Part shown: one piece after another, positions 37,748-55,724 of the stretch
Layout: every line of letters starts with the position of its first letter
How positions within the stretch are numbered: the stretch's first letter is position 1
Assembly (NCBI RefSeq): GCF_006345805.1
Contig: NC_043015.1
Span: 13,330,001 to 13,394,000 of the forward strand
Direction: 5' to 3'
Length of the DNA stretch: 64,000 nucleotides
Source: Octopus sinensis
Taxonomy: Eukaryota
Program-made: the position numbers and the translations under genes
Notes under the pieces: generated by a model
Databases searched by the model: none
What the model was told of the DNA's origin: nothing
Seen by the model: the letters and a program-made list of their open reading frames with translations, nothing else

Positions 37748-39959
37748 TTGAAAAGTTCCAGTGGAAGTAACATAAACCGGATAACAGCCTAGACTGGTTA
37801 AAGTCCGTTGTGGTTCTTAATGTACGTCTCATATACCATGTCTTCCCTGTCATTTTTCACTAATTCCAGCCCCACACAACACCCTTCATTCACTTGCCCA
37901 AAACATTTACCTCCACAGACCGAAGCACCACCCTCTTGGCTACCACGACTCAAGGATTCCGGACTAGCCCAAGCCTCGGGATTCCTGAGCAATTGAACTG
38001 AATTATCTGAGAGAAACTGAAAGAGATAAGAGACGGTGAGAGAGAGGAAAATAGAGAGGAAGCGAGAGTGATAAGAAGTGAAAGAAAGATCGTGGGGAGA
38101 GACTATGAAGGAAAGAGAGGTGGGTACAAAAATAAGGTAGAATATTAAAGATTTCTTCCTTTTTTCTGGGTGTAAACCTACCACACCCTGTTAGTTATTC
38201 TTTTATTTCGTCTGTGTTTTTTTTTTCATTTTGGGACTACATATATATATATCGCAAAAGCAATAGTTTTAAAATAGCTATAAGTTAATAAACGTCCAAA
38301 ACGATAATTTCAAAGTCGTTATCAGGTGATTAGCATTTTACAGATAATTGTTGGTAAGAGTCACCTCCCTTAGTAATTCAACGTTCAATATTTACCCATT
38401 AAGTACACAGGTCGATGGCATCGACAAACTTAACTCCAAAGCAATTTGCTGGAAGATGGTGGTTAGTCGATATTATCGATACCAGTACTTGACTGCTGAT
38501 TTATTTTGTTGGCCTCCAAATGAATAAAAGATAAATTAGACCTTTGTGTGATTTGCACCCAGAACATATGGACCTAGAACAAATGCAGGAAATGGGAGGT
38601 AACTCAACACTTTATCTCAGAGACGTTAATCACTTTACAACTACTTTGAAATTATTGGCTTTTGTGAAAATGATAGGCGTATTTCGTATACAAATTAAAG
38701 TAAGTGATGTTGCTTTAGAACTAGCAAAGGGTAATATTATAGAAGTCATAAATAATGACACATGAAGTTATTTGTATTTTATTTTAATTAAATACTGAGA
38801 CTAAAGAAATGACTTTCAAGATGCTAATTTTAATTTCACCTTTTATTACTCTGTTATGAATGTAATAAAGGTTTAATGCAGTGTTTCTCAACAATTTTTT
38901 TTACCTATGGACCTTTTTGATTCCTATTTTACTCTACTGGGCCTCTATAGCCCTTCATTGGATATGAAAAAGAATCCTACTCTATCTATATAATTAAGTA
39001 TTATTAGAAATTGTGAAAGAATAATTAATTAAATGACTATTTTGTATATTGTAGAAGTAAAAGTAATTTATTGCACATAAGTTTTGACAAGAACATCCTA
39101 TATGAAACCTGGATGAGAACCACCGGTTTAGTGTACCCCTACCTCAACTATAATGACAACCCAAAAGTTTATACTTAATTATTTTTACATACAAAAGGTT
39201 ATCTAATTGAATTAAACATAATTTTATAGTTTGGTTTGTAGATCTAGTAAGTTCTTTGTTAACTTTGGTGGTGAGATTTTTTAAAGATTCCTTGTTAACT
39301 TTTCTGGAGAACTTTCTCACATTCATTGGTGGCGGTTATCAAACTGATCTTCAGGTTGTGTTGTACTGTGTGATTCTATGTATAAAAGATTTGGGTATGT
39401 CAGGGGTGGGTGTAGGGTTTGTTAATAATAAGTGTGAGAGTGAAAGAGTGTTGATGAATCAGAGCTGAAAGAAAATGGTGAATGGTAAAAACAAGATATA
39501 AATATATAAAAATACATTTCTATCAACAAATATTCCAAGTCTAACCTTATGTTTTTTTTTTTGTTTGTTTTTCGCTCTCTCACTCTGCTATCATCCACTT
39601 CATCAAAACGCAAGTATCTTACACTTCATTAACACCTCCTCCTCAGACACACACCTAGACTCATCTTTAGCATAGAAAATTACTGAAGTTTCTCTTTATG
39701 CAGTTAGAATAGTTGATTCAGCCATAAGAGAATTTGAAAAAAGACATCTGACCATTATATTTTCCACCGAAGGTTAACTATTCAAATGGAACCAACAGGT
39801 TCCATTTGAATAGTGGCCCTTAATAAAACTTGTTAAACACCTCACTACCTCCCAACTCCATCCTCAATCAATTATCTTGTTTTTACCATTTACCATTTTC
39901 TATCAGCTCTGATTCATCAGTATATATGCATCTTGATTTTTAGTATATATTTTATTTTT

Positions 39960-42830
39960 ATCTGGAAGTCCTGTGGTGATGGGAAGGTGGCAAAGCATGC
40001 AGACCTGACAGGTTAGAAGCATGTAGGCAGCAACCTGCACATAGACGACCCATGCTAGATATAAAGTCGTCTCCTTGTCGCTCAAGACAGCGATAGGATT
40101 CGGTTGCTGCATGGGTGTCTGAGCAGCTCCATTTGGAGAGGGCACTGCTCCCCTGGAAGACGGGGAGGTTCTAGAAAAAGTGAACCAAAAATTGCCTGTC
40201 TTTCTATATCTGGTCAGTTTAGTGTGACTGACGGATGTCCACCTGTGCTCAAAAAAACAAAGAGACTTTTTTTTTTACAAAATCTGGATGGAACTTGAAC
40301 ATTTCATGTTGGAATGTGTGCACTTTGTTGGATAACAAGAGTGATTGTACGCCTCAAAGATGCACTGCACTTGTTGCTCATGAGTTGAACTGCTATAACA
40401 CTGATATAGCTGTACTTTCAGAGACTCGTATAGAAGGTGATGGTCAGCTTGAGGAAGTAGGAGGTGGATACGCCTTTTTTGGAAGGGGAGGCTGAAGGAA
40501 GGGTGCAGAGAGGCAGGTGCTGGCTTTGCAGTTCGATCTGATATCCTTAAGAAGTGGGAGGGGGTTCCTGTTCCTACAAATGAACGTCTAATGACTCTAC
40601 AATTTCACCTGAAAGGCGGGCAGTTTGCTACTCTAATAAGTACCTATGCACCTACTTTGACTAGCTGTGATGAAGCTAAAACTATCTTTTATACCCAGAT
40701 AAGAGCTATACATAGGAAAATCACCAATTCTGATAAAATCATTCTAATGGGAGATTTAAATGCCAGGGTTAGAACAGACTGACAAACATTCTTCTCTAGG
40801 AAGTTTTGGTGTAGGGAAAATGAATAGCAATGGTCTCATGTTGCTGGAGCTTTGCGATGAACATGGACTTTACATTGCAAGCACCCATTTTATGCACAAA
40901 GGTGATCACACAACAACGTGGATGCATCCAAGGTCTAAAATTTGGCACTTGCTGGATTATGTCATCTATGACATTTGTAATGTCAAGTTTTTTTATGGAT
41001 CAGAATGTTGGACAGACCACAGTCTGGTGAGAGCAAAGTTCCAGATGATGATTAGAGAGAAGTGGAGAAGAGGGCCAGTCAGCATTCTTTGGTGTCTGAA
41101 TGTCCACAAGGTATATGATGCCATGTTGAGGAAAGAGCATCAGACTCACACTTGCGGATGTTTGGCACTTGCTGGATTATGTCATCATCCACAAGTGTGA
41201 GTCTGAAACTCTTTCCTCAACACGGTGCATAAAATGGGTGCTTGCGATGTAAAGTCCATGTCCATTGCAAAGCTCCAGCAACATGAGACCATTGCTATTC
41301 ATTTTCCCTACACCAAAACTTCCTAGAGAAGAATGTTTGCCAGTCTGTTCTAACCCTGGCATTTAAATCTCCCATTAGAATGATGTTATCAGAATTGGTG
41401 ATTTTCCTATGTATAGCTCTTATCTGGGTATAAAAGATAGTTTTAGCTTCATCACAGCTAGTCAAAGTAGGTGCATAGGTACTTATTAGAGTAGCAAACT
41501 GCCCGCCTTTCAGGTGAAATTGTAGAGTCATTAGACGTTCATTTGTAGGAACAGGAACCCCCTCCCACTTCTTAAGGATATCAGATCGAACTGCAAAGCA
41601 GCACCTGCCCTCTGCACCCCCTTCCTTCAGCCTCCCCTTCCAAAAAAAGGCGTATCCACCTCCTACTTCCTCAAGCTGACCATCACCTTCTATACGAGTC
41701 TCTGAAAGTACAGCTATATCAGTGTTATAGCAGTTCCAACTCATGAGCAACAGTGCAGCAGTGCATCTTTGAGGCGTACAATCACTCTGTTATCAAACAA
41801 AGTGCACACATTCCACATGAAATGTTCAAGTTCCATCCAGATTTTGTAAAAAAAAGTCTCTTTGTTTTTTTGAGCACAGGTGGACATCCGTCAGTCGGGC
41901 TAAACTGACCAGATATAGAAAGACAGGCAATTTTTGGTTCACTTTTTCTAGAACCTGTCCGTCTTCAGGGGAGCAGTGCCCTCTCCAAATGGAGCTGCTC
42001 AGACACCAATGCAATATGGGAAGATTTTTGAGACCAGGTTCTTTGATGTGCTGCTGAAACACTGGGATATGCTACTACCAAACACAGAGACTGGTTTGAT
42101 GAAAATGATGCTGAAGTTCAGCGACTATTGGCTGTAAAGTGCCATGCCCACAATGTATTGGTGCACAGAGGACTTTCAGCTGTACAGCAAAATCTAGCAC
42201 TTGCCCACTATCGCAATGTAAAGTTACTACTGCAGCGATCTCTCAGGAAGATGCAGAACACTTGGTGGGAGGATCTTGCTTATGATGTTGAAGCTGCTGC
42301 TGATGCAAATGACAACAAGAAGCTTTACCATCTTATAAAACAAGTTTATGGGCCTAAGAGCTCTGCAACAGCTCCTTTGCTTTCCAAGGAGTCTTCAACT
42401 CTATTTACTAAATCAACAGATATCGCAGGTCGCTGGATTGAACACTTCTCTGAACTCCTGAGCAATGAGTCAGTTGTGGATGAAACAGTGATTGATACTG
42501 TACCACAAAGACCTATCATTGGCTCCTTAAATTCCATGCCCCCAATAGATGAGGTAATGGCAGCAATAAGTAAATTGAATCTTGGTAGGCACCCTTGTGG
42601 TGAGATCTTGCTATTTGGTGATGATTACATCATACAGTCCCTTCATGAACTTATTAGTGTAGTCTGGAGGGATGTTGCAATGCCTAAGGACTGGAAGGAT
42701 GCAATTATTCTTCCTCTCTATAAAGGAACAGGAGCCACAATGGTGTGTGGTAACTACAGAGGTATTGCTCTACTATCAGCTGCTGGTAAGGTGCTGGCAA
42801 ATTTCATTTGGCTAAAAGTTTCATGGGTGT
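39960..42830 (+). mobile_element. RTE-clade LINE 5' half (APE endonuclease to start of RT) with an internal inverted duplication
   Basis: WNVCTLLD..RCTALVAHELNCYNTDIAVLSETRIEGDGQLEEVGGGY, ILMGDLNARV, HRDWFDEND, KDWKDAIILPLYKG..CGNYRGIALLSAAGKVLA. 41225-42013 is the reverse complement of 40108-40897. Confidence 0.85.
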
Positions 42831-42909
42831 GTAAGATGGATCCATTTCATCAATTTTCACCAAACAGTGATAGTGTCACCACAAAATACAGAAATAGAAA
42901 GTATCATAG

Positions 42910-43446
42910 CTCAGGTGTGGGTGTATGGTAAGTTTGCTTCACAACCATATGGCTCTAGGTTCAGTCCCATTGCATGGCACCCTGGGCAACCGATCAAAGC
43001 TTTGTGAGTGGATTTGGTAAATGGAAACTGAAAAAAGCCCATCATATATATATACACATATACACATACATACATATACACATGAAAAAATAAATATAAA
43101 TATATATATATATTGGTGGCGAGCTGGCAGAAACGTTAGCATGCTGTATTTCGTCTGCCGTTACATTCTGGGTTCAAATTCCGCCAAGGTCGACTTTGCC
43201 TTTCATCCTTTCGGAGGGTCGATAAATTAAGTACCAGTTACGCACTGGGGTCAATGTAATCGACTTAATCCATTTGTTTGTCCCCTATGTGTGTAGCCCC
43301 TTGTGGGTAGTAAAGAAATATATATAGGATCGTTTCTCAGGCCAGCACTGTTTGGGGTCTCAAGATATGCCGTAAGGCTAACCCCTTATGAGTGAGAAAT
43401 CAAGGGTAATGCCTTAAGCTGGCCTAACCAACTATAATATATACAT

Positions 43447-43494
<48 letters not shown>

Positions 43495-43544
43495 TATAAT
43501 ATATATATATAATGGTTTGTAATATATATAAAATATATGTGTAA

Positions 43545-43575
<31 letters not shown>

Positions 43576-43697
43576 TATATTATAATATATGTTATATATA
43601 ATATATATGTTGGTATATATATATATAATTATAATAGATATATGTATATATATATATATATAATATATATATTATATATATATATATTATATATATA

Positions 43698-43762
<65 letters not shown>

Positions 43763-44200
43763 AGTGGTGGCAGAAATGTTAGCATGCCAGGCAAAATGCA
43801 TAGCCGTATTTCGTCTGTTGTTATGTTCCGAGTTCAAATTCTGCCAAGGGGTTGATAAATTAAGTACCAGTTACGCACTGGGGTCGATGTTATCAACTTA
43901 ATCGCTTTGTTTGTCCTTGTTTGTCCCCTCTGTGTTTAGCCCCTTGTGGGTAGTAAAGAAATATATACATATATATATATATATATACATATATTTTTTT
44001 TTTGTCCCACCACTGCTTGACAACTGGTGTTGGTGTGTTAACGCCCCTGTAACATAGCAGTTCAGCAAAAGAGACTGATAGAGTAAGTAGCTGGTTTAAA
44101 AAGAAAAATAAATACTGGGGTTGATTCATTCAACTAAAAATCCTTTAAGGCAGTGCCCCAGCATGACCGTAGTCAAATGATTGAAACAAGTAAAAGATAA
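42910..44200 (+). mobile_element. SINE cluster (family B head ~42910-43045, family A 43115-43320 and 43760-43960, family B tail 43990-44200) around a ~340-bp (TA)n tract
   Basis: Shared SINE blocks; TA tract at 43420-43761. Confidence 0.8.
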
Positions 44201-44701
44201 AAAAAAGTACCGTTGCTGTTAATTGTCCTTCAAGCAGTATGTCGCAGCCCACTGGTGTGCCACAAGCCGATGCTAGGTGTACCACAGTATAACCTGAATG
44301 TAATTTTTCCCCCATACTTTTAGTTATGTTTTCAGTTCAGGTATGCCATCAAATTTTGAAAAGAATATAAGTGTACTGCAAGTGATAAAAGGTTGCAGAG
44401 CACTGATGTAGACATATGAGAGGGAAGGGAGACACACCGCTAACAAAGATCAGTGAATACAGTTTGCTGATTGTATGCTGTCACTACAACAGCGCTGACA
44501 TTAACGACAAATAAAAAGGAAAAAGTCCAGGATACACTTCACATATTTTCAGTTGACCTATTTAAACATCTCAATTGTGAATGGAAATAAAAGATAGGAA
44601 AACCTAGCTACATGGAATATGTAAGATGTAACTTAAAATTGTGAAGAGGTTAACTTTAAAATATATGTGGGAATTCCTTTTTCCAGATGTAGCCTCTAGG
44701 G

Positions 44702-44902
44702 CAGTGGTTTTCAACCAGGGTTCCGCCAGTACAGTCCAGGGGTTCCGCAAGAAGTTACAAAACTGTTAAAATCGGCAGTAATTTTTAATTCTCCTGTGCA
44801 GATATGTGTGCATAAGACTATTAAATTATTGTACAGGGGTTCCTCGAACCAGTGGAATGTTTCCTTGGGGTTCCGCTCCAGCAAAAAGTTTGAAAAGCAC
44901 TG
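44702..44902 (+). mobile_element. hAT (Charlie-like) MITE with 8-bp TSD
   Basis: TIRs cagtggttttcaa / ttgaaaagcactg; TSD CTCTAGGG on both sides. Confidence 0.9.
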
Positions 44903-44954
44903 CTCTAGGGTATCATATTTGGCTGAATTCTGGTTTAAACACCCCATATAACCA

Positions 44955-45441
44955 ACTCATAACTTTTTTATGTTTTTGGAAATTTCAGAAAATTATTGTG
45001 AATTTTCATTCAACACACGGGAATTCATACGATCCAGCAAAATAAACAAGTAAATAAATAATTGTGTATGATTTAAGGGCGATTTAGCTGTTATTTTTAG
45101 CACATCTCAAGACCACCTGACACTTTCTTCGTTATTTTTGTCAATTTGACATGTATTAATGCTTTTCAATATTTTTCTTCTTATAAACCCATTTAATGGA
45201 ATGCTGATGCACCCAAGGGTGGTTCATTGCTGGGATTTAAGCAAAATATTTGGGCTGTCCATAATTGAAACACCAATTAAAAAAGAAAAACTTGAAAAAG
45301 AGCGAAACTTTTAGGATTTATGAGTGGGGAGGGGTTTGGAAAGATAATTTTGTTTTCATAATCATATGAATTCCCATGTGTAGAACACAAATTTGCAAAT
45401 GTTTTCTGAAAATCCCACCCGCCTAAAGTTATGAGGAGTTA
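44955..45441. mobile_element. Probable MITE with ~90-bp degenerate inverted ends
   Basis: tcataact...cacacgggaattcatacgat mirrors atcatatgaattcccatgtg...agttatga. Confidence 0.4.
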
Positions 45442-45578
45442 TACACACACACACACACACATATATATAGGGAGAATTCACAAAAATAAAAAAAAGGCGA
45501 AAACAAGTGGTGTAGACAACAAACAGATGTATTAGTTTAACACTCTGGGAGTGAAAAATATATATGTATACACATACA

Positions 45579-45610
<32 letters not shown>

Positions 45611-45696
45611 ATAATTATATAGTATGTATGTATATATATATATATTATATTATATATACATATAGATTACATATATTCTATATATATATATATATG

Positions 45697-45740
<44 letters not shown>

Positions 45741-45741
<1 letters not shown>

Positions 45742-47878
45742 CATCTCCCTCCTCCAGTAAGGTCTCCGCTTCACGCCACTCACGCGCCCACTGTGATGAG
45801 TTCGAGACTCGGGCGGACGTCAACCTGTTCCTGCGCCGCCTCAAACTTCGCGCATACATACCACGCGTCCCCGCAGCGTCACAACAATCAGGATGCCTTT
45901 GGAGCTGGGGCGTCGTCCATCCATCTGGACGCCGCCCCCAGGCCTTTTCAGTAGCCTAGATTCGTTTGTACATGACTGCAACGCTTTGGTCAACCGTTTC
46001 AACTTTGAACCAAGAACCCCGCCGAGCCAACCTCATCGGGCCGAATCCATTGCCCTTCGCCACCTCCGCCGTCGTGATGACATTGTCATCAAACCGGCGG
46101 ACAAAGGCGGGGCAGTGGTAGTGTGGCGCGCGGACCTATACAGGGAGGAAGCGCTCAACCAGCTTCAAAATCCACTCTTCTATCGCCTCCTCCCCTCCCG
46201 ATCCCACCTCTCCTACCAACAGCGAGTGTCCTCCACCATCCACGACCTCATCTCCTCCTCCCGCTCTCCCCCTCACCGCCCAACCTCATCGTCCGCACAC
46301 CCCGCACCTCCACCATCTACTTCCTCCAAGATCCATAAACCCTCTAATCCTGGCCGTCCCATAGTCTCTGCTGTAATTGCCCCACATGAACTCATCTCCC
46401 TATACCTCGACCGCATCCTGTCCCCTAGTCGCAGCCCTCCCATCCCACATACACGACACCAACCACGCCCTCCGTCTCTTCAATTCCTTTCCTTCCCTTC
46501 CAGCCCCTCACACCTCCTCTTCACTTTTAGGTAAAATCCCTGTACACAGTGATTCCCCACAATGACGGGTCTCCTAGCCCTCCAACACTTCCTCGACCGT
46601 CGTCCCGACACCACCCCCAGCACCCCACCCTTCTCCGTTTGGCTGAGCTCGTCCTCACCCTCAATTGCTTCACGTTCGCCGGGGGAAACGTACCAACAGG
46701 TGTCCGGGTCGCGATGGGAACTAGGATGGGCCCCAATTTCGCCAATCTCTTTCTGGCTACATTGAGGCCAAGTGTTCTCCCAGTTCTCTGGGCCGACCCC
46801 CGAACTATACGGTCGCTATATCGACGACTGCGTAGGTGCCACCTCCCTTTCCCGTGAACTTCTCTGCCAATTCATCTCTTTCCTTTCCAACTTTCACCCC
46901 TCTCTTCAATTCACCTCCACCATCTCCAACACCTCTGTCAACTTCCTTGACATCTCTCTCCGCATCGATCACCCCTCCAGCTCTCTCACCACACCGCCTT
47001 TTTTAAACCTACGGATTCCCACCTCTATCTCAACTTTCTTCTCCACCCCTTCCACACCAAAACGAAGCCATCCCCTACTCCCAGTTCCTCCGCCTCCGAC
47101 GTTTGTGCAGCCGCGACCAGGATTTCGAGACCCAATCTCAATAGCTGGCCCGCATGTTCAGACTCCGAGGTTACCCACCCATACTCCTCTCTGATGCCCT
47201 CACCCGCGCCCGTCGCATCGACCGCACTACCGCCCCGTCTCCTTCCCCCGCCCACCCCCCAACCGCACCCCCTTCCCCCTCCTTTTCCACCCCTCTACCC
47301 TACCCCTTCGTCGCAAGATACTACGTGCCTTCCGTCGCCTCCAGCTTGATCCCACCACCCGCCCCATTTTCCCTAACCTACCCCTGTCCTCTTTCAAACG
47401 AGCCCGCAATCTGCGTGACCTCCTGGTCCACAGCACCCTCTCTCCTTCCCCCTCAGCCCCACACGGATCATTCCCTTGCTCTAGATCCCGCTGCAACACT
47501 TGCCCCTTCATCACCAACAACCACGCTGTCACCGGCTCCAACCTGCACACTGTACGCATTAGGCACTCTTTTACGTGCACCTCGTCTGGCCTTATTTACT
47601 GCATTAAATGCAACCTATGCGGGATGCTGTATGTAGGACAGACGGGACGCGGTTGTCCGACCGTTTCACTGAACACTTGAGGGACGTTCGCCTACACTCT
47701 CTTTATCCCGTCGCACGCCACTTCCGCTCGGCCGGCCATTCCCTAGATGACATCTCAGTGTTTGGTCTCGCCCCCCACCATGGTCGCCCACTTTCCAGGC
47801 TCCACTTGGAGCAACGCTACATCTTCACCCTACAAACTACCACCCCACACGGACTTAACACAGCCCCCCCCTCTTGAG
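45741..47878 (+). mobile_element. Penelope-like element RT + GIY-YIG coding region, GC-rich, frameshifted
   Basis: DDIVIKPADKGGAVVVW, KIHKPSNPGRPIVS, GVAMGTRMGPNFANLF, YGRYIDDC, VNFLDISL, LIYCIKCNLCGMLYVGQT..RFTEH, EQRYIFTLQTTTPHGLN. Confidence 0.9.
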
Positions 47879-47879
47879 A

Positions 47880-50500
47880 TCCGTTTTTTTTTTTTTTTTG
47901 GACACACCACCCACACCCACCCACCCACCCACCTCCCACACGCACCCACCCACCTACCTCCCACACACACACACCCACCTACCTCCCACACGCCTGTTCA
48001 CACACACACATACGTAGACCATCTACGTACATACATTCACACATTTAATCACACACACTTACAGACATTACTAGCACCACACTAACATACAAACCAACAT
48101 GCACATACACACACACATACATACATACGCACACACACATACATACATACACCACACACACACACACACAGACGCACCATACACACATACACACACATCA
48201 AACATACATGTAGGCACATACATACATACATACCCACACATGCACACACCCTTACACTGAATGCACACACACATACACCTTTTTGCATCCAGGCAGCCCC
48301 CCCTCTTTTCTGCTTTCGGTTTTGGCTGATGGATCCTCGGTTCCAGCGTAGCGGGGCGTTCGAGGGCCTTTGCGCTCGCGCGCCTTGGCGCACCCTGGGG
48401 GCTCGGTCGCCCCTTGGGCTTGCGTTTGTACTGCTTGTGCGTTGTGTGCGTGAGCGCGCTTCGTGTGTGTGGGCTTGCTTCGGATGTGCGCGTGCGTATG
48501 TATGCATACATACCCACACACTCGCATGCATCCCTACCCCACATACATACACGCACACCTACTCACACACACACATACACACACATACCTGCACACACAC
48601 ACACATACATACATACACATACATAACTACTTCAGACATACACACACACAGACATACACCCATACACTCACACTCACCACACACACACACAACACGCACA
48701 CGTACACATACCACACACACACACACACCTACACACATACATTACACTTGTTATACACACACACTTACATTCATACACACACACACCTACACAGCCATAC
48801 CCTCACTCAGACACACACATCTACATACACACACACACAAAACACACACATTACATACATACATCTACACACACACGCCTACACACATATCATACACCAC
48901 ATACATACACACACAACATACACACATACACATATACTTATACACATGCACACACCACACACATACATACATACACCCATATACATACATACACATACCA
49001 CATACTCCTATACGCACATACATACACACAAACATACACACATACACACTCACAAAACATAACACACACATACTTACACACACACTCACCTGCAGCGCAC
49101 ACACATGCATGACAAACACCCATACACTCACACTCACATACGCACACACCAACATAAAACACGCACACGCACACACACACTACACTCCCACACACATACA
49201 CACGCACCTACATACACACACGCACGCATACACACATACATTACACACGTACACACAACCTACATACACATGCATACACACACAACAACAAACATGCACG
49301 GACACACCAGACACACACATATATACACACCTACATAACACACACATATACACACGCCCACACACCTACATACACACACATACATACACACACATACACG
49401 GACACACCCATACATACTTACATACATACACCTATACACACACGCCTACACACCTACATACACACACATGCATACACACATATACGCACATACATATATA
49501 CCCACACACATGCACACACACACACACATACGCACATGCATGCATGCATGCACACGCGCACACCTACACGCATACACACACACACACGCACGTACACATA
49601 CATACATACACACACGCATACATACACCCATACACATACATGCATCCTACACACACATACATACACACTCACACATACATACACACACACACACTCACTC
49701 ACACACCTGTATGTACGCGCACACACATGCACATACACACACTTCCCCACACCCACACGTACAGACATACACACTCACACACATACACACACACACACGG
49801 ACATACATCTATGCACACACATACATACACACATACTCACATACATTCATCGGACACACTGCCACCAGACATACACACAGACACACTCACACATCCACAC
49901 ACATACATACTTACGCGCATACCGCAGGCGCGCGCACACACGCGCTTGCGCCGGTTCGCGCACGCATACGCGCCGCATGCACCTCGCTCTTGGACCCGAC
50001 GAGACCTCCCGCCGTTCCTGGGACCGTCGCTGTGTGGTTGGGTTTCCCACGCCGTCTCCGCGGGACCACTCTTCCATCTTCCCCTCAGCTGGAGTCCTTT
50101 TTCCTTAACCCCCCCTTTTTCGTTACACACACGCGCACACATATACACACTTGCTTAAATATATACATTACTCTTACACACATTCAATCTACTCGCCATT
50201 AATACCACCACGACACTGGACACACACACACACACTACTACTCAACACACGCTGGCACGCTACATACGCCCCCACCCCTTCCCCTCCCTCCTTCCTCCTT
50301 CCTTCTTTTTCTTACTACTGACCTTGTCTGCTAAGCTGACCATAGTCTCGCCCTACCTCACACGCCTACACACAGACGCACACACTAACACACACATATA
50401 TTTTTTGTTTTTTCATCTCGCCTCACACACACACAATACACACGCACACGCACACACTCACACATACACACACATCTGTGCGTTACCAACCTTGTCTCCA
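47880..50500. repeat. ~2.6-kb degenerate (CA)-rich tract with two GC-rich islands
   Basis: Directly visible; the 609-aa ORF is HT-repeat translation. Confidence 0.85.
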
Positions 50501-50650
50501 CTCTTTTGCCTTTAAAACCCACTTTGCTCTTGTTATCGTAAAAATCCGCCTTTCACCATGTGCAACTCGTAAAACACCAGTCGTCTTTTTTCTCTTTCCC
50601 TGTTGCCCGCTCTGGGATCTTTCTTTCCTTTCTCTTCCTTCTTTATTGTT

Positions 50651-50677
50651 CCGACGAAGAGCTCCGCTCGAAACGTC
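50651..50677 (+). ncRNA. Minimal PLE-type hammerhead-like motif
   Basis: CCGACGA-A-GAGC-TCC-GCTC-GAAA-CG-TC. U4 is C, stem I is poorly supported, stem III is the palindrome ACGT. Confidence 0.5.
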
Positions 50678-50770
50678 ATACCTCCCTGCTTCCATTTCCT
50701 GAGCGCCTATTAATAATAATACTGTAATTGTTCCATTGTTGTTGTTTTTTGTTTCCCGTTTGGATTAAAA

Positions 50771-50890
<120 letters not shown>

Positions 50891-50964
50891 ATATATTATA
50901 TATATATATATACATATTATATATAATAATATATACATGTATGTATGTATATATATATATATAC

Positions 50965-54478
<3,514 letters not shown>

Positions 54479-54525
54479 TCAGTTTCTGTACATCACACCT
54501 AACACACACACACTCTCTCTCTCCC

Positions 54526-54577
<52 letters not shown>

Positions 54578-54699
54578 GTATACATATATATACATATACA
54601 TGTATTTATATATATATATATATATATATATACATACATACATACATATATATGTATGATGATGATGATATATAATATATGTGTGTATATATATATATA

Positions 54700-55090
54700 T
54701 ATGGCTGTGTGGTAAGTAGCTTGCTTACCAACCACATGGTGTGGTGTTCAGTCCCACTGCGTGGCACCTTGGTTGAGTGTCTTCTACTATAGCCTCAGGC
54801 CGACCAAATCCTTGAGGGGGATTTGGTGGATGGAAACTGAAAGAAGCCCGTCGTATATATATGTATATATTTATGTGTGCCTTTATGTTTATTTTTGCCC
54901 CACCCCCCACTATCACTTAACGATCGGTGTGTTTATGTCCCTATAACTTAGCGGTTTGACAAAAAAGGCCGATGGAATAAGTACCAAGCTTACAAAGAAT
55001 AAGTCCTGGAGTCGATTTGTTCGACTAAAAGGCTGTGCTCCAGCATGGCCGCAGTCAAATGACTGAAACAAATATAGGAATAAAAGAATA
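54700..55090 (+). mobile_element. SINE family B
   Basis: Conserved blocks. Confidence 0.85.
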
Positions 55091-55286
55091 TGCTAAGTGC
55101 GGGTGTTCATGGTATGAATACAATTGGTATTGACTTAGAGCTACATAACAACAAATTCCAGTTCACCGGGAAATTGTCTTTCCTCCATGGATATTCAACA
55201 GTTTCTCTGGATATAAGAATTATTTTTTAAATTTTATTTTGAAATAATTCTGAATCAAGAGTGTGCGATCCGGTCTGAATACTCAC

Positions 55287-55370
55287 TTGTAGCCATTTCC
55301 CTTAATTCGTGCACCTGTTCGTTGTCTTGTTTCAATGACTTTTCAGCTGATGATGTATGTGTATAAAAAT
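55287..55370 (-). CDS. Candidate exon of an unidentified gene divergent from TMEM256
   Basis: Strong donor ATGGCTACAA|GTGAGT (exon end 55287). Open frame VYFYTHTSSAEKSLKQDNEQVHELREMAT. Pyrimidine tract plus AG upstream. No homology recognised. Confidence 0.35.
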
Positions 55371-55724
55371 AAACCTACATCTTAGTAAAATACAGAACAG
55401 TCAACAGCATGACGAAGAAATAAACATACGAAATAAATCATATTGGAAAAATCGTCAAAAATACGATGAAATATTTAATCATATCACATTTGGTCTCACC
55501 GTTCAATTTCAGTGATAAAATTTTACGAATATTTATCGCAGAAAACAGATGGCTAACGTAATTAATGCTGCAGTACAGGAAGTTAGTGTTATGGGAAGGC
55601 GGTGTTTACTAAATAAAGCACTTTCATTTTGTTTATTGCGTTGTGTAGGACAAGGTCGCGCGTCAGACGTGTTCATGTTAAAATTACTTTAGCGATTTGC
55701 GGCAGTTCTACACATCTTGTCATC

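Noticed and set aside
37760-38200. Possible LTR-retrotransposon protease fragment
   Set aside because: Only a vague resemblance, with no intact DTG/DSG motif, LTR or primer-binding site.
39960-40110. HDV-like ribozyme in the RTE 5' UTR
   Set aside because: RTE elements can carry these, but I could not assign P1, P3/L3 and P1.1 by eye. An RNAMotif or Infernal search is needed.
48329-50158. 609-aa ORF, and other long His/Thr/Tyr/Ile or Met/Tyr/Val/Cys ORFs (e.g. 702-1286, 28632-29425)
   Set aside because: These are translations of (CA)n, (CATA)n and (TA)n microsatellites, which lack stop codons in some frames.
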